Assembly (NCBI GenBank): GCA_036172245.1
Contig: JAYWIR010000052.1
Span: 186,001 to 250,000 of the forward strand
Length of the DNA: 64,000 nt
Source of the DNA: Raillietiella orientalis
Taxonomy: Eukaryota
Reading direction: 5' to 3'
Below, in pieces: positions 48,585 to 60,700 of the stretch (positions within the stretch are counted from its first letter, which is position 1; every line of letters starts with the position of its first letter). Below the pieces are notes generated by a model. That model had not been told where the DNA came from and did not search any database. It saw only the letters and a program-made list of their open reading frames with translations. Position numbers and translations under genes: made by a program.

Positions 48585-51419
48585 AGCACTGGGCGCTGCT
48601 GGCGCCCAACCAGTCGATTTCTGGATCCTCCTGGAAGCTGCGACCCCGTGCCGGCGCTCCGGGCAGACTCCAGGATGCCATCCCGCTGGCCGCCGCCCAT
48701 GCGTTTCGAGAAAGCCGGCACCGACTCCAGGAGGCGGAGGGCCGCGTCCGAGGAGGGTGCATTCCTCGGGCTTGCCCCGCCGAAGGAGCACCGGCCATCA
48801 GCACGAGTGGCCGTCCTGGAATGCTTGGGAGTCCCGGACTCGAGGTTCGGCGACGTGCTGAAGCTGAGCTGAAGGTCGCTCGACGGGCGGGGAACCTCAA
48901 GAGGCAGACGGTGCGTTCCAGCACGCAGAACCTCTCGCAGGGCGAACCGGACGGCACGAGTTGCGCCTCGGGCGGTGAGAGAAGCATCTCTCGTGGGGAA
49001 GGATGCGATGAGAGAGGACGGCCACAGTGCGGAGGCGGAAAACCTCCACGGTTTCCGCTGTGCCTCCGCTATGACAGCTGCATTGCACCGATTGCATGGG
49101 GTGCTTCCGTTCGTGTTCGAACGATGCCGTTGCTTTCGTAATGCTCAGGCCCTGCTTGGACCCGCATTTTTGCAACCCACGGAAGAATCCCCCCTCCCCA
49201 GGAAATCTCTTGCCCCTTCCATCAAACGCAGCAGCCACCTTCTCGCACTCGTTGAAGAGACTCTGCTACAGGACTCCCGATATTTTGGACCGCTCCGCGC
49301 CCCGTTTAGGAGGGCGGATCCGCTTCAATGCTTGCTTTCGATCGCATCCACAGAAGCGCATCAATTAACTGATCGATTGATTCCCGCTGAAATTAAGTTC
49401 GGCACGCTTATTTTTCCCTTTTCCCTTGGTTACCTGACGAATGCTGTCCTCCAGATCGAAACCGTTTTCTTCGTCCCTACGAAAATCCGCAATCTATAGG
49501 AGCACCAGGCAAAAGCGCGCGGAAAAGCGCTCGCGCGAGTCCCATGGTTACGGGACTGGCGCTTGGTAACAATGCGCGCTGTTCTATTTTTAGGATACGA
49601 TTCACCGCAAACACCTCGTGCGGGGGACGCCCTGCTATGGCAACAAGGAGAGGATTCCCCGTCCGAAAATGACACTGGCGCGCAGAAGAGGTGCCTAAAG
49701 TCGGTCCGACACTCGAAAACCCCTCCGAAAAACGAACGTTCCTAGATGGGGAGGATGGGGACACCCGCGGTTTTGCTAAAGGATGCGGGCGAGCATTTTC
49801 TAGAGAGATCCTGAAGAGGCGAAGAGGTGGCCGGCCCACGGGAGGAGGCAGCACCCGACAGCGGCAGGCGTGGGGAACCGAATGAGGTTGCTTCTTCCTG
49901 GGCTAAAGTGCAGCTCCTCCGCCTCGCTGGTCGGCGACGTTTGCTGACACCACAGCTTGGAAGGAATGTTTGTCGTGTCACATGAGATTGCCAGGGGCCG
50001 AGAACCGGACACTGGACGTCGAACTCGGTGGAACTCTCTCGCCGTACTTTGCGCAGCATCCTATGCGATCAGCATGGGGCTCGTTCCGGTTAGTTAGCAG
50101 GAAGGAATTTTCCCGGTGGAGGGCAATTAGGAGTCCTTAAATCGTAGGGACAGGGCAGGACGAACCGCGATTCGTAGAGTTCGGTTCATGTAAATGTTGA
50201 CATCTCCTATTGAAATGTGACTTGGCTGCAGATTTATTCTGGGCTGAGTCACAGCTGGATGTTGCAATCACGGGAGTACCCGTGTGTGAACAAATCGCCC
50301 GGTTGGGAACCCTGAGAAATCAGCTGCGGAGTTCCTGCGCCCAGTCCGAAACCGGGAAGCAGTTTGCGATTCCGGTTGAGGTCAGACTGCGATCCCGCCC
50401 AAGTGCAATCTGGCAGCCATCTTGAAGGTCAGCTCTCGCTCCTCTTCGCGTACAGGTCTCACGTTTTGCGTCTCTGTGCCTGCGCTGTGGTGGAACACTT
50501 GCACTACGATTTTCCTCGTATGAATGAAGGGGGCCGATACTTCCCATCGAGCGCCGCTTTGCCTTTGAAAATCCCGGCGAAGAGCTTCGAGGCAGGCACG
50601 AGCGGAGGAGAGTCAGAGATCACGCGATCCCCTGGTCCAGCGGGAGGCGCGAGTCAGGTGAGAAACAAATTCCCATCTGGCCTCCCTCAAGGGCATTCCC
50701 CTCAAGGGAAAAAGAAAAAAAATCCTCTCGGTTGTCCTCATGGATCTCCACCCTCGGAGCGAATACTTCGGAACGTGGAAACTCCGGGAGAAAAACGTGG
50801 GGTCGAGGCTGCGAGGCGGGGGTTCGCTTGGGAAAGAAAGAACAGCTTTCTGCTGGCTCAGGGTCGGACTTCCGGGACCAGAGTGCCTGATCCGGGGAGT
50901 CGAGAGTTGTCACGCATTCCCTCCCATTCCGGACTTTCCAGAGTCACCGACCTGAGTGTCGGCGATCCCTTCCTGGGAAACTTGTTGCTGTCCCTGCCCC
51001 CCAGGGAACTGGATTCCCTCTGTTCGTTCGTTCTTTTGGAGAATAAACATCCCGGGGTGCGAACGAATGGGAAAGTGACTCGATCCACAAGAACCCTGCG
51101 AGTCAAGCCGTTCAGGTGCTGAATATCTCGCAGGCGGCAAGATACTCAGCACCTGAATCGGTCTGCTTGATGAATGCTCGTAGAGGCTTTCTTGCAAGTC
51201 GACTGGCCCGCTTGTTTGCCTGCAAGGAACCTCCCCTCCCCATTCTGATGGAAGGCCGGAGTCTCAAGGAAACCCTCGTAGCCTTGCGAAACAGAGCGGA
51301 CGGTCCTCGAAGGCGTTGCACCAAACGTTGCGAGCAAAGCGCGCCCGTCTCCTAACACCAACTGCAAGAGCTTCTTTACCCGCTGGCCTTCGATGGGATT
51401 TGTGATTCTCCTGTTCTCG

Positions 51420-51680
51420 TGCCTCCTCAGCAAAGCATGCGGTCGAGGGAGAAGTCATTTTAGAACTTGTGGAAAACTGAGTGGAAAGCGACCATCACCA
51501 CGGCGGGCGAAGAGAGACAAGCGCTTCGCATGCATGCTAGCAGCGACGGTCGAAAATTTGTATGGCAGCGCCCAATAACTTGGGCGCTCCGCATGCATTC
51601 TCGCGCCCAATTTATTGCACGCTCACCCCTCGAAGAGGTCCGTTCATATTTTGGTATGCATTGAATGACGTCAGAAGATG
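51420..51680 (+). pseudogene. Possible C2H2 zinc-finger relic
   Basis: KRFACM / DGRKFVWQR..LRMHSR fragments in adjacent frames. Confidence 0.2.
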
Positions 51681-52899
51681 CGTACGGACTCTAACCCGAT
51701 GGCTCCATTGCCCGTCCGGTAAGGAGGCACGCTTCGAGCGCGCCACTTTTCTTCACGTCATTCTTCGGAAATTTCACTTCCCTTTTCAGCGTTCCGTCAT
51801 TCCTACTCATCCCAAGATCCCGGGGAGCCAACAGCAGCTGCTCTTACGACAACAAGCACTCCTTCAGTGGCCGGGGCTGCTCTCCTTCTGTCCTGCGCTT
51901 TCCAATCCCGTTGGTGAATGCTCGTAAAGACAAGAGACGTCCAGTAAAATGATTGCCTTCCCTCCTTCCTGTGTCATCGGATCTTCGAATGCATTCCCGG
52001 TCACTGGGCACCAATCCCCGACGTTTCAGGGGGCAGCCCTCCCGACCAGAAACCTGCTGCCCGAGGTACCGAACGCAGAGGAAGTACTCGAATTCCTGCC
52101 ACGGGAGCTGCGAGGAATTTTTCCGTGACCTTTGGGGAGGAAGGGTGAGGAGAGCGCCTTTGTCGCAGAGCTTCTTGGCTTTCGAAGGAAAAGATCAGGG
52201 TCTGAAAACCCGAAAGATGGTGCTTTGACGCTCCCGGAGAACAAAGGGCTGTTCCCCTCGCTCACCGAAGCTTGTAAAGAAGGGTGGGTAGTCGCGCGAC
52301 CGTTCCTTGAGAATGTCACCTACAGACCGCACGGCTTGACGTGCTCTCTCTCTCCCTTTCTGCGGAGGAAACTTTTTTTTTCCTGAACTTTCCCATCTTG
52401 CGGGCGCCCCGCAGAGTCGAACCGCTTCCGTTTCGAACGATCTGCAGGCCAGGAACGTGTGGGCTTCTCATCTCACTCGCATGCGACCGAGAGGACGCGG
52501 CAGCGACCCCGACGCGCAGCTTTGCGAAAAAAAAAACAAAAAGGTAAAACGGAAACGAGGGCAAATCGAGTTTCGTGTCGCCGGATCCTCTTTCGAAAAT
52601 TCCCGATCCGGGAAGAGGCCCAGATCCCGTTGCGATCCCCCTACTCTTGCCAGCGGGAATTCCAATGGGAACCTCAGAATCAACCACCTGCGGTACACAC
52701 ACAGCACATGTTGAAATAATTACTCCGACGAGTGACGAATGCGACGCTTTCTGTTTGCTGTGTGCCCGACCAGTCCCCGTGGGCTAATTACGTGACCTTC
52801 GCTCCGGTATGGTGCGGCCGCTGGATCCGCGAGCGCACTTGAAACAGCCGCTTTTGATGATGATGACAACCGGAAACAATCCGTTGGCGATCCTCTCAG

Positions 52900-53900
52900 A
52901 GAAAAGAAAGAAGAGAAGAAGAAAAAAAAAACAATCTTATCCCTCCTGTGCAGGTGGACATCAAAACAGAGGCAGCCAACAGCGTTCTGCGTGCGCGCTC
53001 TGAAACCTCGCCTGCTGGCCGAAGCAGCTAAGCGAGTTGCTTCCAAGACTTCCGGTGGCCATAACGGAAAAGACCTGCCAAACTGCAATAATCATCCCAT
53101 AAATGTGAACAAACTGCAACAAACGACCTTCGCTCTATTTTCGGCACTCCCCCCGTTCAGGCGAACCCATCTTCGTTGGCGCACAAAGTGCCAAGCAGCT
53201 CATTCTAAGCCCAAGTAGCAGCATGCCACAGACGCCCTCTAGCTGACGCTGACTTACAAGACGTAGATGTTCTCAAGACGTGAGATTTATGGAGGTTCAA
53301 GCGTTCTCGGTCTGAGCCCCTTCCAGAAGCTTGCAGCACCAGCTTCAGGAGGATGAAGAGTCAAGGCACCAAGCAAAAAACGTACGGCATCCATCTTCCG
53401 GCACGCCGGTAGCGCAACAGTCGAAGATCCTGAGAGGCTGCGAAGTTGCAATATGGCACTCGAGAATCAACTTGTGGAGCTCTTGAGATACGAGATGTAT
53501 GACAGGTCATTCGGGAAATTGAACCCTACCACGGGAAGACCTGCACTGATCAGCACTGAAGGAGGAGGAACACTGTGCGAATGCAGCCACAGTACCACCT
53601 TGGTAAGTGTGTTCCGTGAAGGCAAACTTGGAGCGGGCGGAAGAACACAGGAAGTCGCTGGTGATAACTTCGGAAAGACTCATTCCCGACAGCCATCGAC
53701 AAGACGTCACGACGCGTGTCACGGAGGTGGCGAAACACTTGGCGATGTGGGCGCATGCTCTGAAACCTCGTCTGCTGGCCGAACCAGTCAAGCATATTGC
53801 TCCAAAGGCTTCTGATGCAATCGCTAAACCTTGGCGAAAGAGCTCGTAGCTCCCATGCATGCAGCTCTTTGTTCGAAACCGACCAAGTAGGAGGAGGTTC
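52900..53900 (+). mobile_element. Two tandem RTE-clade LINE C-terminal relics
   Basis: Direct repeat 52991-53060 vs 53751-53820 (ALKPRLLAEAAKRVASK / ALKPRLLAEPVKHIAPK). Flanking peptides SALKEEE..VKANL..DSHRQ and QQTTFALFSAL..THLR resemble RTE C-termini. Confidence 0.5.
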
Positions 53901-54199
53901 GTGGATGCCCCGTAGGATCAGCTCGCATCCTGCGTACCGGGATCCACGCAAGTGAAGCGTCGTCGTTTCCAAGACAGAAACGTCTTGGCTGGCGCACCAG
54001 CAAATAACTCTATCAGATCGCGCAACCATTTTGTTGACAGAGTGATTTACAAGAGTGGCGACGCTGAGGTCCCGTCAGTCTAGCCACGCTTTCTGAAATA
54101 CTCCGAAGCGCCAGTTTCACGTTCGCTGCAATTTTCTTTCTTGTTTTTTTTTTTTTTTTTTTCAGGGCTGCCTAGTGATGTAAGTGATCCAGAGCTGGG

Positions 54200-54620
54200 A
54201 AATTTCGAGGAAAGCTCGACAGATCCGTGATCCGTGCTGTTCGTTTTTCACGCCACTTCGGAGCGCGAATCCCGATCGCTGTCCGTACTTTGGAAAGGTC
54301 TTCCCGGACAGTCACTTCGGGTAGGGAACGGGAAGGAGACCCGAGCCGCCTCTTGCGACCTTCGTCAGAGAGTTGCTGGGAATCGCGGCGGTGCATCGCT
54401 CGCAGGATTCGAAAATCGGACGGGCGCACTCTTCGGCAGCACCACACGGTCTTTTCAAGTCTGTGGAACCGGCCCGCCCTAAGCGGAGCCCAACTGACCC
54501 ACATCCGCCCGCTACTGGTTTGGAGCGACGGACCCTGCAGAGTTCCTCCGGTCCTTCCGCTCACATTCCGCCGTCTTTCCGAGATCATTATGCATCCACG
54601 CCGCATTGCGCCCTATCTCA
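54200..54620 (-). mobile_element. RTE-clade RT C-terminal relic
   Basis: WAPLRAG..RLE..DFRILRAM..LSDEGRKRRLG resembles RTE ETWPLRA..RRL.VFD.RCLR.I..SN..VR.R..G. Confidence 0.4.
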
Positions 54621-56422
54621 CTTTCCTGAGTGAACGTAGCGACGTTTCCTGCTGCCCGCTAAACGTAACGATTAAGGTCACTTTTTGCTTCATTCGATTG
54701 CCAGATATGAAACAAGTTGCGTTTGACATGCGACATTGCTACATGCTTGAGGAAGCAGGGGTGCCATGCAAACTCAGAGCGCGCGCGCGCGTTTTTTTTT
54801 TTTTTTTTTTTTTTTTAACGTGCTTTCTGGCTGGCAGACATCTTAATGTGGACGTATAGCGATTTTCTCGTATGGAAGTTTAAAGCTGGTAATTTTTTTA
54901 AATAAGGCAAACTATATGTACGCATCTCGAAATCATGACGTGATTTCAGCAAAATTTTACATAACTATCTATAAGTGATTATTACGAACGACACTACAAG
55001 CAAAGTTGTAGTTCTTGTCGATGTGGGTAGGCATCCCTGACGTCTCTGATGTCTTCATTTCGGCTCCCTCCCTACTTCCAAGGTCCGAGCGAGTTGCTAC
55101 CCTCCGCCGCAGTTCTTTCTCGAGCAGCGTCTTCGGAACGGCTGCGGACTGCGTGCGAAACACCCCCTCCTCTTCCAGAAGATGGTGCACCGTCTTCTTA
55201 AGTATGGTGCGCCCACGGCAGCGTCGAGAATCTTCAGCCTCCCTGGCACTTGGACGCTGGGTTTTGTGACTTCCGGGAACGAGGATATGCCTCAGTCTTG
55301 CTGCGCGGCTGTCCAACGGGAATCTTTCAACAGGGGGGGTGAGGGGGTATTATGAATCGGACCCCAGGTTTTTCTATGCCTTTGGAAAGAAGGGAAAAAA
55401 AGTCAATTTGGTGCCTCCATAATGTCCGCTCTTACTTCATCCTTTGCACTTGGTTTTGCATTTGCCTTGAAAATTAAGCATGAATTCGGCTGGCAACCTT
55501 TCTGTTTCATACTCCATTTTATTTTTGTTAAAGAAAGAGCAGGAAGGGCACCTGAAAGGAAGACCTGGTGGTGCCCGATGTCCTTGCACATTCGCAGGAT
55601 GGCGGGCAGACATCGAAAGAAAGAGAGGCGTGGCTTGGATTCGGAAACCAACGGGGTGCACTCGCCATTTGCAAAAAAAGCGCCAGGAGGAACTTCTCAC
55701 CGGGCACGATGGGCACAACTGAATGAGCCCCCCCCCCCCCCCCCCACTCTTCTTCCTCCGAGGATCGACGGCCAACTGCCAAGTAGGGAGATCGAACCAA
55801 ATTTCCGACGAACGATGCTTCTCAAGAAACGGCACTTTGTTACAGCAGCTGTGGCTGCCTCTCCCAACTCCCACAGAAAGTAGGCGGCGTTGCGAAGAGG
55901 AGGAACAGCGTGAGGCACTCACTTCACACCGTTCGGGAAATTCAGGAAGGAAGGTTTCAGCAAAAATCACCCACGTATCTTTTAAGGGCGTCCCCTCCCC
56001 CCTTCCCGAGCACCTTTCAATAAATTCAGAAAATGATCGATTGCTGCCGAAGAGGCTTTCCTCTTCCTCTTTCCTTCCTCCCTCCCTGCGTCTTGCCGGT
56101 TCCCAGCAACTCCTCCCGCAGCGAATGGAAAAGTAGGTCTTGGTAACTTTTTCGGTACATGCGTTGAAAGGGAGCTGCTCGATTCCATGTATCTTAAAAG
56201 GGACAGCATGCTACACTGTTCCTAGTAGGATACTACGGACGCGTGCGATGTAAAGTTCGATCCTGCCATTCATGGATAAAAAGGAAGTCTTCAGAACAAC
56301 CTTCGCGCCGATGTCCTCTTCAAATATTATTATGCCGGATCGCAACGTGAAGCCCCCCCTCCCCCTCCCCCCCCGTGTGTGTGTGCGTGTGCGTGCGTGC
56401 GTGAAATGCGGAAAGCGTTCAA

Positions 56423-56600
56423 AACGGCATCCATCAAGCTTTACAGAGATGAGGCAGGGGTCACCTGAGGTATGCCCGAGTGCAGGAGGGCACTCCTCTC
56501 ATCACCATGTGCTCTCTCGCCATGGAGTCCCTTCCACGTCGCGGGCCGGTCCAGGCAGTCACAAAGACGCGCGGAGTCGTAAGCAGAAAAACTCGAGATC
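56423..56600 (+). repeat. Dispersed repeat (probably RTE-derived); inverted paralog at about 60875-61019
   Basis: Both copies share ACGGCATCCATCAAGCTTTACAGA.ATG..GCAGGGGTCA.CTGA.GTA.GCCCG.GTGCAGG; peptides RHPSSFTEM(R/E)QGS(P/S)EV. Confidence 0.65.
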
Positions 56601-59495
56601 GAACGGATGGTTTCCTGTGACGAGGATGACGACGGCTGTCTTCACGGGGGGTCACAAAAAGGCACTGAGAGTCGCCGGCGAACGGAAAATGCACCAGAGT
56701 GCCCCGAAGGGCGGGTTCCCGTGAAATTTTCGGAATTCTGTCCCGTAGGGGAGGGGGAGAGGGGGGGGGGCAGGGAGAAAGCGGGATGAAAGGAAGCATG
56801 GCTTCGGCCACAGCAAGTTTCCAACGCAACCCCCCAAACAGGAAGCGACCATTGTTGCGTGACGCGCGTTCCGGAGGGGGGGAGGGGGAGCGAGTCCATC
56901 AGGGTCGCCAGTTCTGAGAAAATGAAATCACTGGTGCGTATCCCTGTGTATATTTAATTCCGGGATTTACACGGAAGATCTACAAATTAAAAAGCATTGC
57001 GATTGCTTGGAACGCAGTAGCTGCAATTGCAATTGCGTTCACATCGACCAGGGAAGAAGAACCGCGCTTCTCTGTTCACGGTCACACACACAGGGGACGA
57101 TGCCATAAAAAAATGGAAAAAAGGGAAAAAAACGATATTTGCTTCGGGACGCTCTTGCAATGGCGAGGCACGTGTGAAACCAAAGTGTCTGGAATCGTCC
57201 ACTGCTTCTGGGAGCCCCTGGGAGGTTTCAGAACATACATTCGAACAGCGTTCAACAAGTACTCTCAACTACCAGGATGCAGCAATGGTGTGCCTGGAGA
57301 AAGCCCGGGGCTTCGTTAATTTAATCAGAGCGAGCGAATGATTCGGCAGCCGCAGTAAACTGCCACGGGAATCTTTCATGTACACTGAAGATCAATCTCT
57401 CCCTTGGTCTCTCCATGATAGCCTTTGCGTTGAGCGCAAGAACGAGCGAGGAGTTAAAATCGATAATTTACCGAAACCTCAAGATCACGGATAGCTTTTA
57501 TTGACTCGTAACTGCAAAATTTATTACCTCCTCCGTCCTTGTAATCCAATTTTCATCCGAGAGCGCTTCGTCCCTCAAAGTTCGCAAAGTCGGTTATAAT
57601 TTTGCTACATCCTTTTCGCCGAAGCAGAAACTGTCAACACCATCTTTGCCTTCGCAAGGTTTTCTTTTTTTTTTCCTTCTTCTTCTTTCTTTTTTTAATG
57701 CATATACCCTGTCTCTTCTCGCGCTTCAGGAGTCACAAAGGACACAATGAATTTGCCGACAGCAGGTTAACAGTAGGTTCCAACGAACGCTTCCGCGTTG
57801 AAAAGGATGGTTGCCATGGGTGAGCGAGCATCCGACAAAACCTTTTTGCTCCAGCTTTTTCGAACGCACGAGGGGAACACGTCGATGCATGGCAGATACT
57901 GAGGAGCAGCGAACGTCAAATGTGGATCTACAGAAAGAGATTTCCGTGCAAAGATGCGTGCAGTACGTTAAATGCAACAACAGCACCGACTGCGCCCCAG
58001 CATCTGGGAAGGGCACGTTTATTGGTGACCTGAAAGGAGGGGAGGAAAACAGGTCGGTTGCGCAAGCAAGCGGTAAATACCGAGCGGCAAAAATTTCGAA
58101 GCCGTCGTCGACAAGGGAAGAGGTGCCTGCCGGAGGAGGAGGCACCCCTCCCCCACCCCTTCTGCCAAGTTGGTGCACACTCTTTTGAGAGCGAGCGACA
58201 ACACGTTTCGATTTAGACGGCTCGGTCCCAGCGCAAGAAGAATCCGGCGGAAAACCGGGCAGCTGAATGTTCGTTTCCCTCGGTCGACCGTGGGACTCCT
58301 ACAGGAAAGCCGAACACCTCGAAGAACAACAACAAAAAAAAGACCGGAGGTTTTTCCTGCTTTGTTCTTTCGTGGACGCTGTTGGGATGCTAGGAGGATG
58401 GTAGAGCTGTGGACACCGCGAAGGACGAATAAAAGTAAAGTGTTGCAGCAACACTGTTGTCTCGGCCACACGGCGAGGCATTCGTTTCGGCATTATAGAT
58501 GCACCGCAACCATGAGCAACGAAAAGCAGCTCTTCGGGGCATGGGTAACATCGGAGGAACACCCTCAGTAGCTCCATGTTTCTTTTATTGCACATCCTCA
58601 GATGCCGGATCAGACGCAAGGAGGCGAGGAGGCGTTTCTAAAAGGGAAGAGGGAGGATCTCTGGGATTTCTTCACCCCCCCTCCCACAAACACACCTTCC
58701 AAAATCGACGTATGCAGAAGACGAAATCAAACGTGGATGAAAAGAGGAGGGATTCGTTCGTGGCTGTTGTTGTTTCCACCCTCTTTCTTCATTTCTTGGA
58801 TCGCGTTGTGTCGCGCAGTGGACAGATTAAAGCGCCTCTTGCATCCGTTTAAAAGACGAGGGAAGGTTTCGTCGTCTTCCGTCCGGCAGCGCCGACGTGC
58901 GCGTCCCCTCTGGTTCCATGCTGGGCCCGGTCCCCATTGGTAGCGCGTTTAGTCGGGCCGCGTGGATGAATCCTGGAACCTCAGGTATTCTCCATGGGTG
59001 AGGGAGAAGCTTGAGGTGTGGTGCATGCCCTCGCACTGCATGGCACTCCCTTGACTGAGGTGCTCCTGAACGAGTGGGATCGCCACGCGCATACCCTCTG
59101 CTCAGTGCTCTCACGCCGGAGGTGAACTTCCACTTCACGCTGCTGCTGCGAATGCGCGGACTTAAGAAAGAGGAGACGAAAGGGACGTGAAGCGAAGTGG
59201 CATCGCCCCCCAGCTGCCCGTTTCCGAAGCCAAGGGTGCTGCGGCACTTTGGAAAACGCGACCTTCTTGGCGGGCGTCTTCTGAAAGAAGGGTTTTCCTC
59301 GTCTCATGTGGCTGACGGGGGTCGGAACCGGGAAAGCAGCCACCCCTCCACCCGCCCAGAGAGGACTGCTGCAGACCCCTCTCTTCCCGTCGTGCCACTT
59401 GCGCGTGCGCGCGCGCCCTCCCCAAGTTGCACGCTTGCCCTCCTGGTTTGTGGTGCAGGGCGGTCTGCAAGACCGAGAGGCAGAAAGGTGCCCGC

Positions 59496-60700
59496 GGATT
59501 CTTTCACCCGGTCACAATGGGGAGTTTGTCTTATAAAAAAATAAACCGGTCGGGAACACGCTGGTTCCCAACAGAAGACAAAGAAGTTCAAGGGGAGGGT
59601 CCACCGACACACAGGCCGGGATAATGGAAAGTCAGGCATGGGAGAGGGAAGTGGGGACAACATGCAAAAATGAAATAAATCCGGTGAGATGGGGCAGGAA
59701 TCTTTGGGTTTGCAACGGGATCAAAAACAAAAAACACCGTGGAAGTTATGGAGCGAACGGGGATGGAGAATGAGAAAGAAAAACCATAAAGGGAGTCAGG
59801 GGATAAGGGTCACCTGTGTCCGCCGTTCGTAGCTCATCTCAAACCGGCGCTGGATACCAGCGATCTCCTCATCCACTTCCTGTTCCAGGTGAGGCCACCT
59901 TGCAGCCATCCTCCCGCAGGCGGCTGCCATCGTGGTGACTTCACTTCGCTGCTTGGTGGTCGTCTCGAACACGTGGTGGGCTGCCATGATGGCACTGCGA
60001 TCATTGCGACCGCCTCACCAGTCAAGAGTCCTCCCGGCGCGAAGAACCGCCGCAGCAGGTCGCGGGCGGTGTCTTCCTGGCGCAGGAGTGCTGCTGCCCA
60101 GCCTCCTCCACCACGGTTCCCGGAGGGCACCGCTGTCCCAAAGCAGGTGCGGCGACGACCCTACCGACCTGCACCAGGAACGGCAGTTCGGGGATGCACC
60201 CCCTGCGGAAGCGAGGTTGCAGGCGCTCGTTGCACTGGAATCTCCCGTGGAAGAAGAGCAGCAGGGCCTGTTTCCAGGGCAGAGGGAACGCAGAAGTGCC
60301 CAGGCACTGGGAGGGGGAGGAAGGGCCGCAAGTTCTTCAGGGGGCAGCACTGAGAAGTGGAATCCTCGTCTCTAGGGCATGCGGAGTGGCAGCATCCGCC
60401 AGCTCGCGCGCGTCCTCCGACCTCCAAGGAGTTTCGTCCTTCCCGCGATGGCTCAGGACGAAAACTCCCACCTCGCCGGTCGGCGGCTGCCGTCGCTTGC
60501 CCTGAAGGTAGACAGCGCTACAGCGAGCGGTGTGGCGGCCAGAGTCGACCAGTTCGCCTACATCACCACTTCCAGCGGTCGTGGCAACAGATGTCGCAGG
60601 GGGTGAACATCTTCAACGTGCATTCCCTGGAATGCAGCCCAGACCCAACAGTCTCCCGCTCCACTTCCAAGTCGGAATATCCACCGACATTCGAGTCTCA
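59496..60700 (-). mobile_element. LINE ORF2 C-terminus and 3' end
   Basis: CRSWCRSVGSSPHLLWDSGALREPW (zf-RVT-like), LLRRFF and AARWPHLEQEVDEEIAGIQRRF; 3' motif ATAAGACAAACTCCCCATTGTGACCGGGTGAAAG. Confidence 0.7.

Noticed and set aside
50900..51420. Possible BEL/Pao or DIRS pol fragment on the minus strand
   Set aside because: Only a weak resemblance (VSCRLRDIQHL), with no ordered set of motifs.
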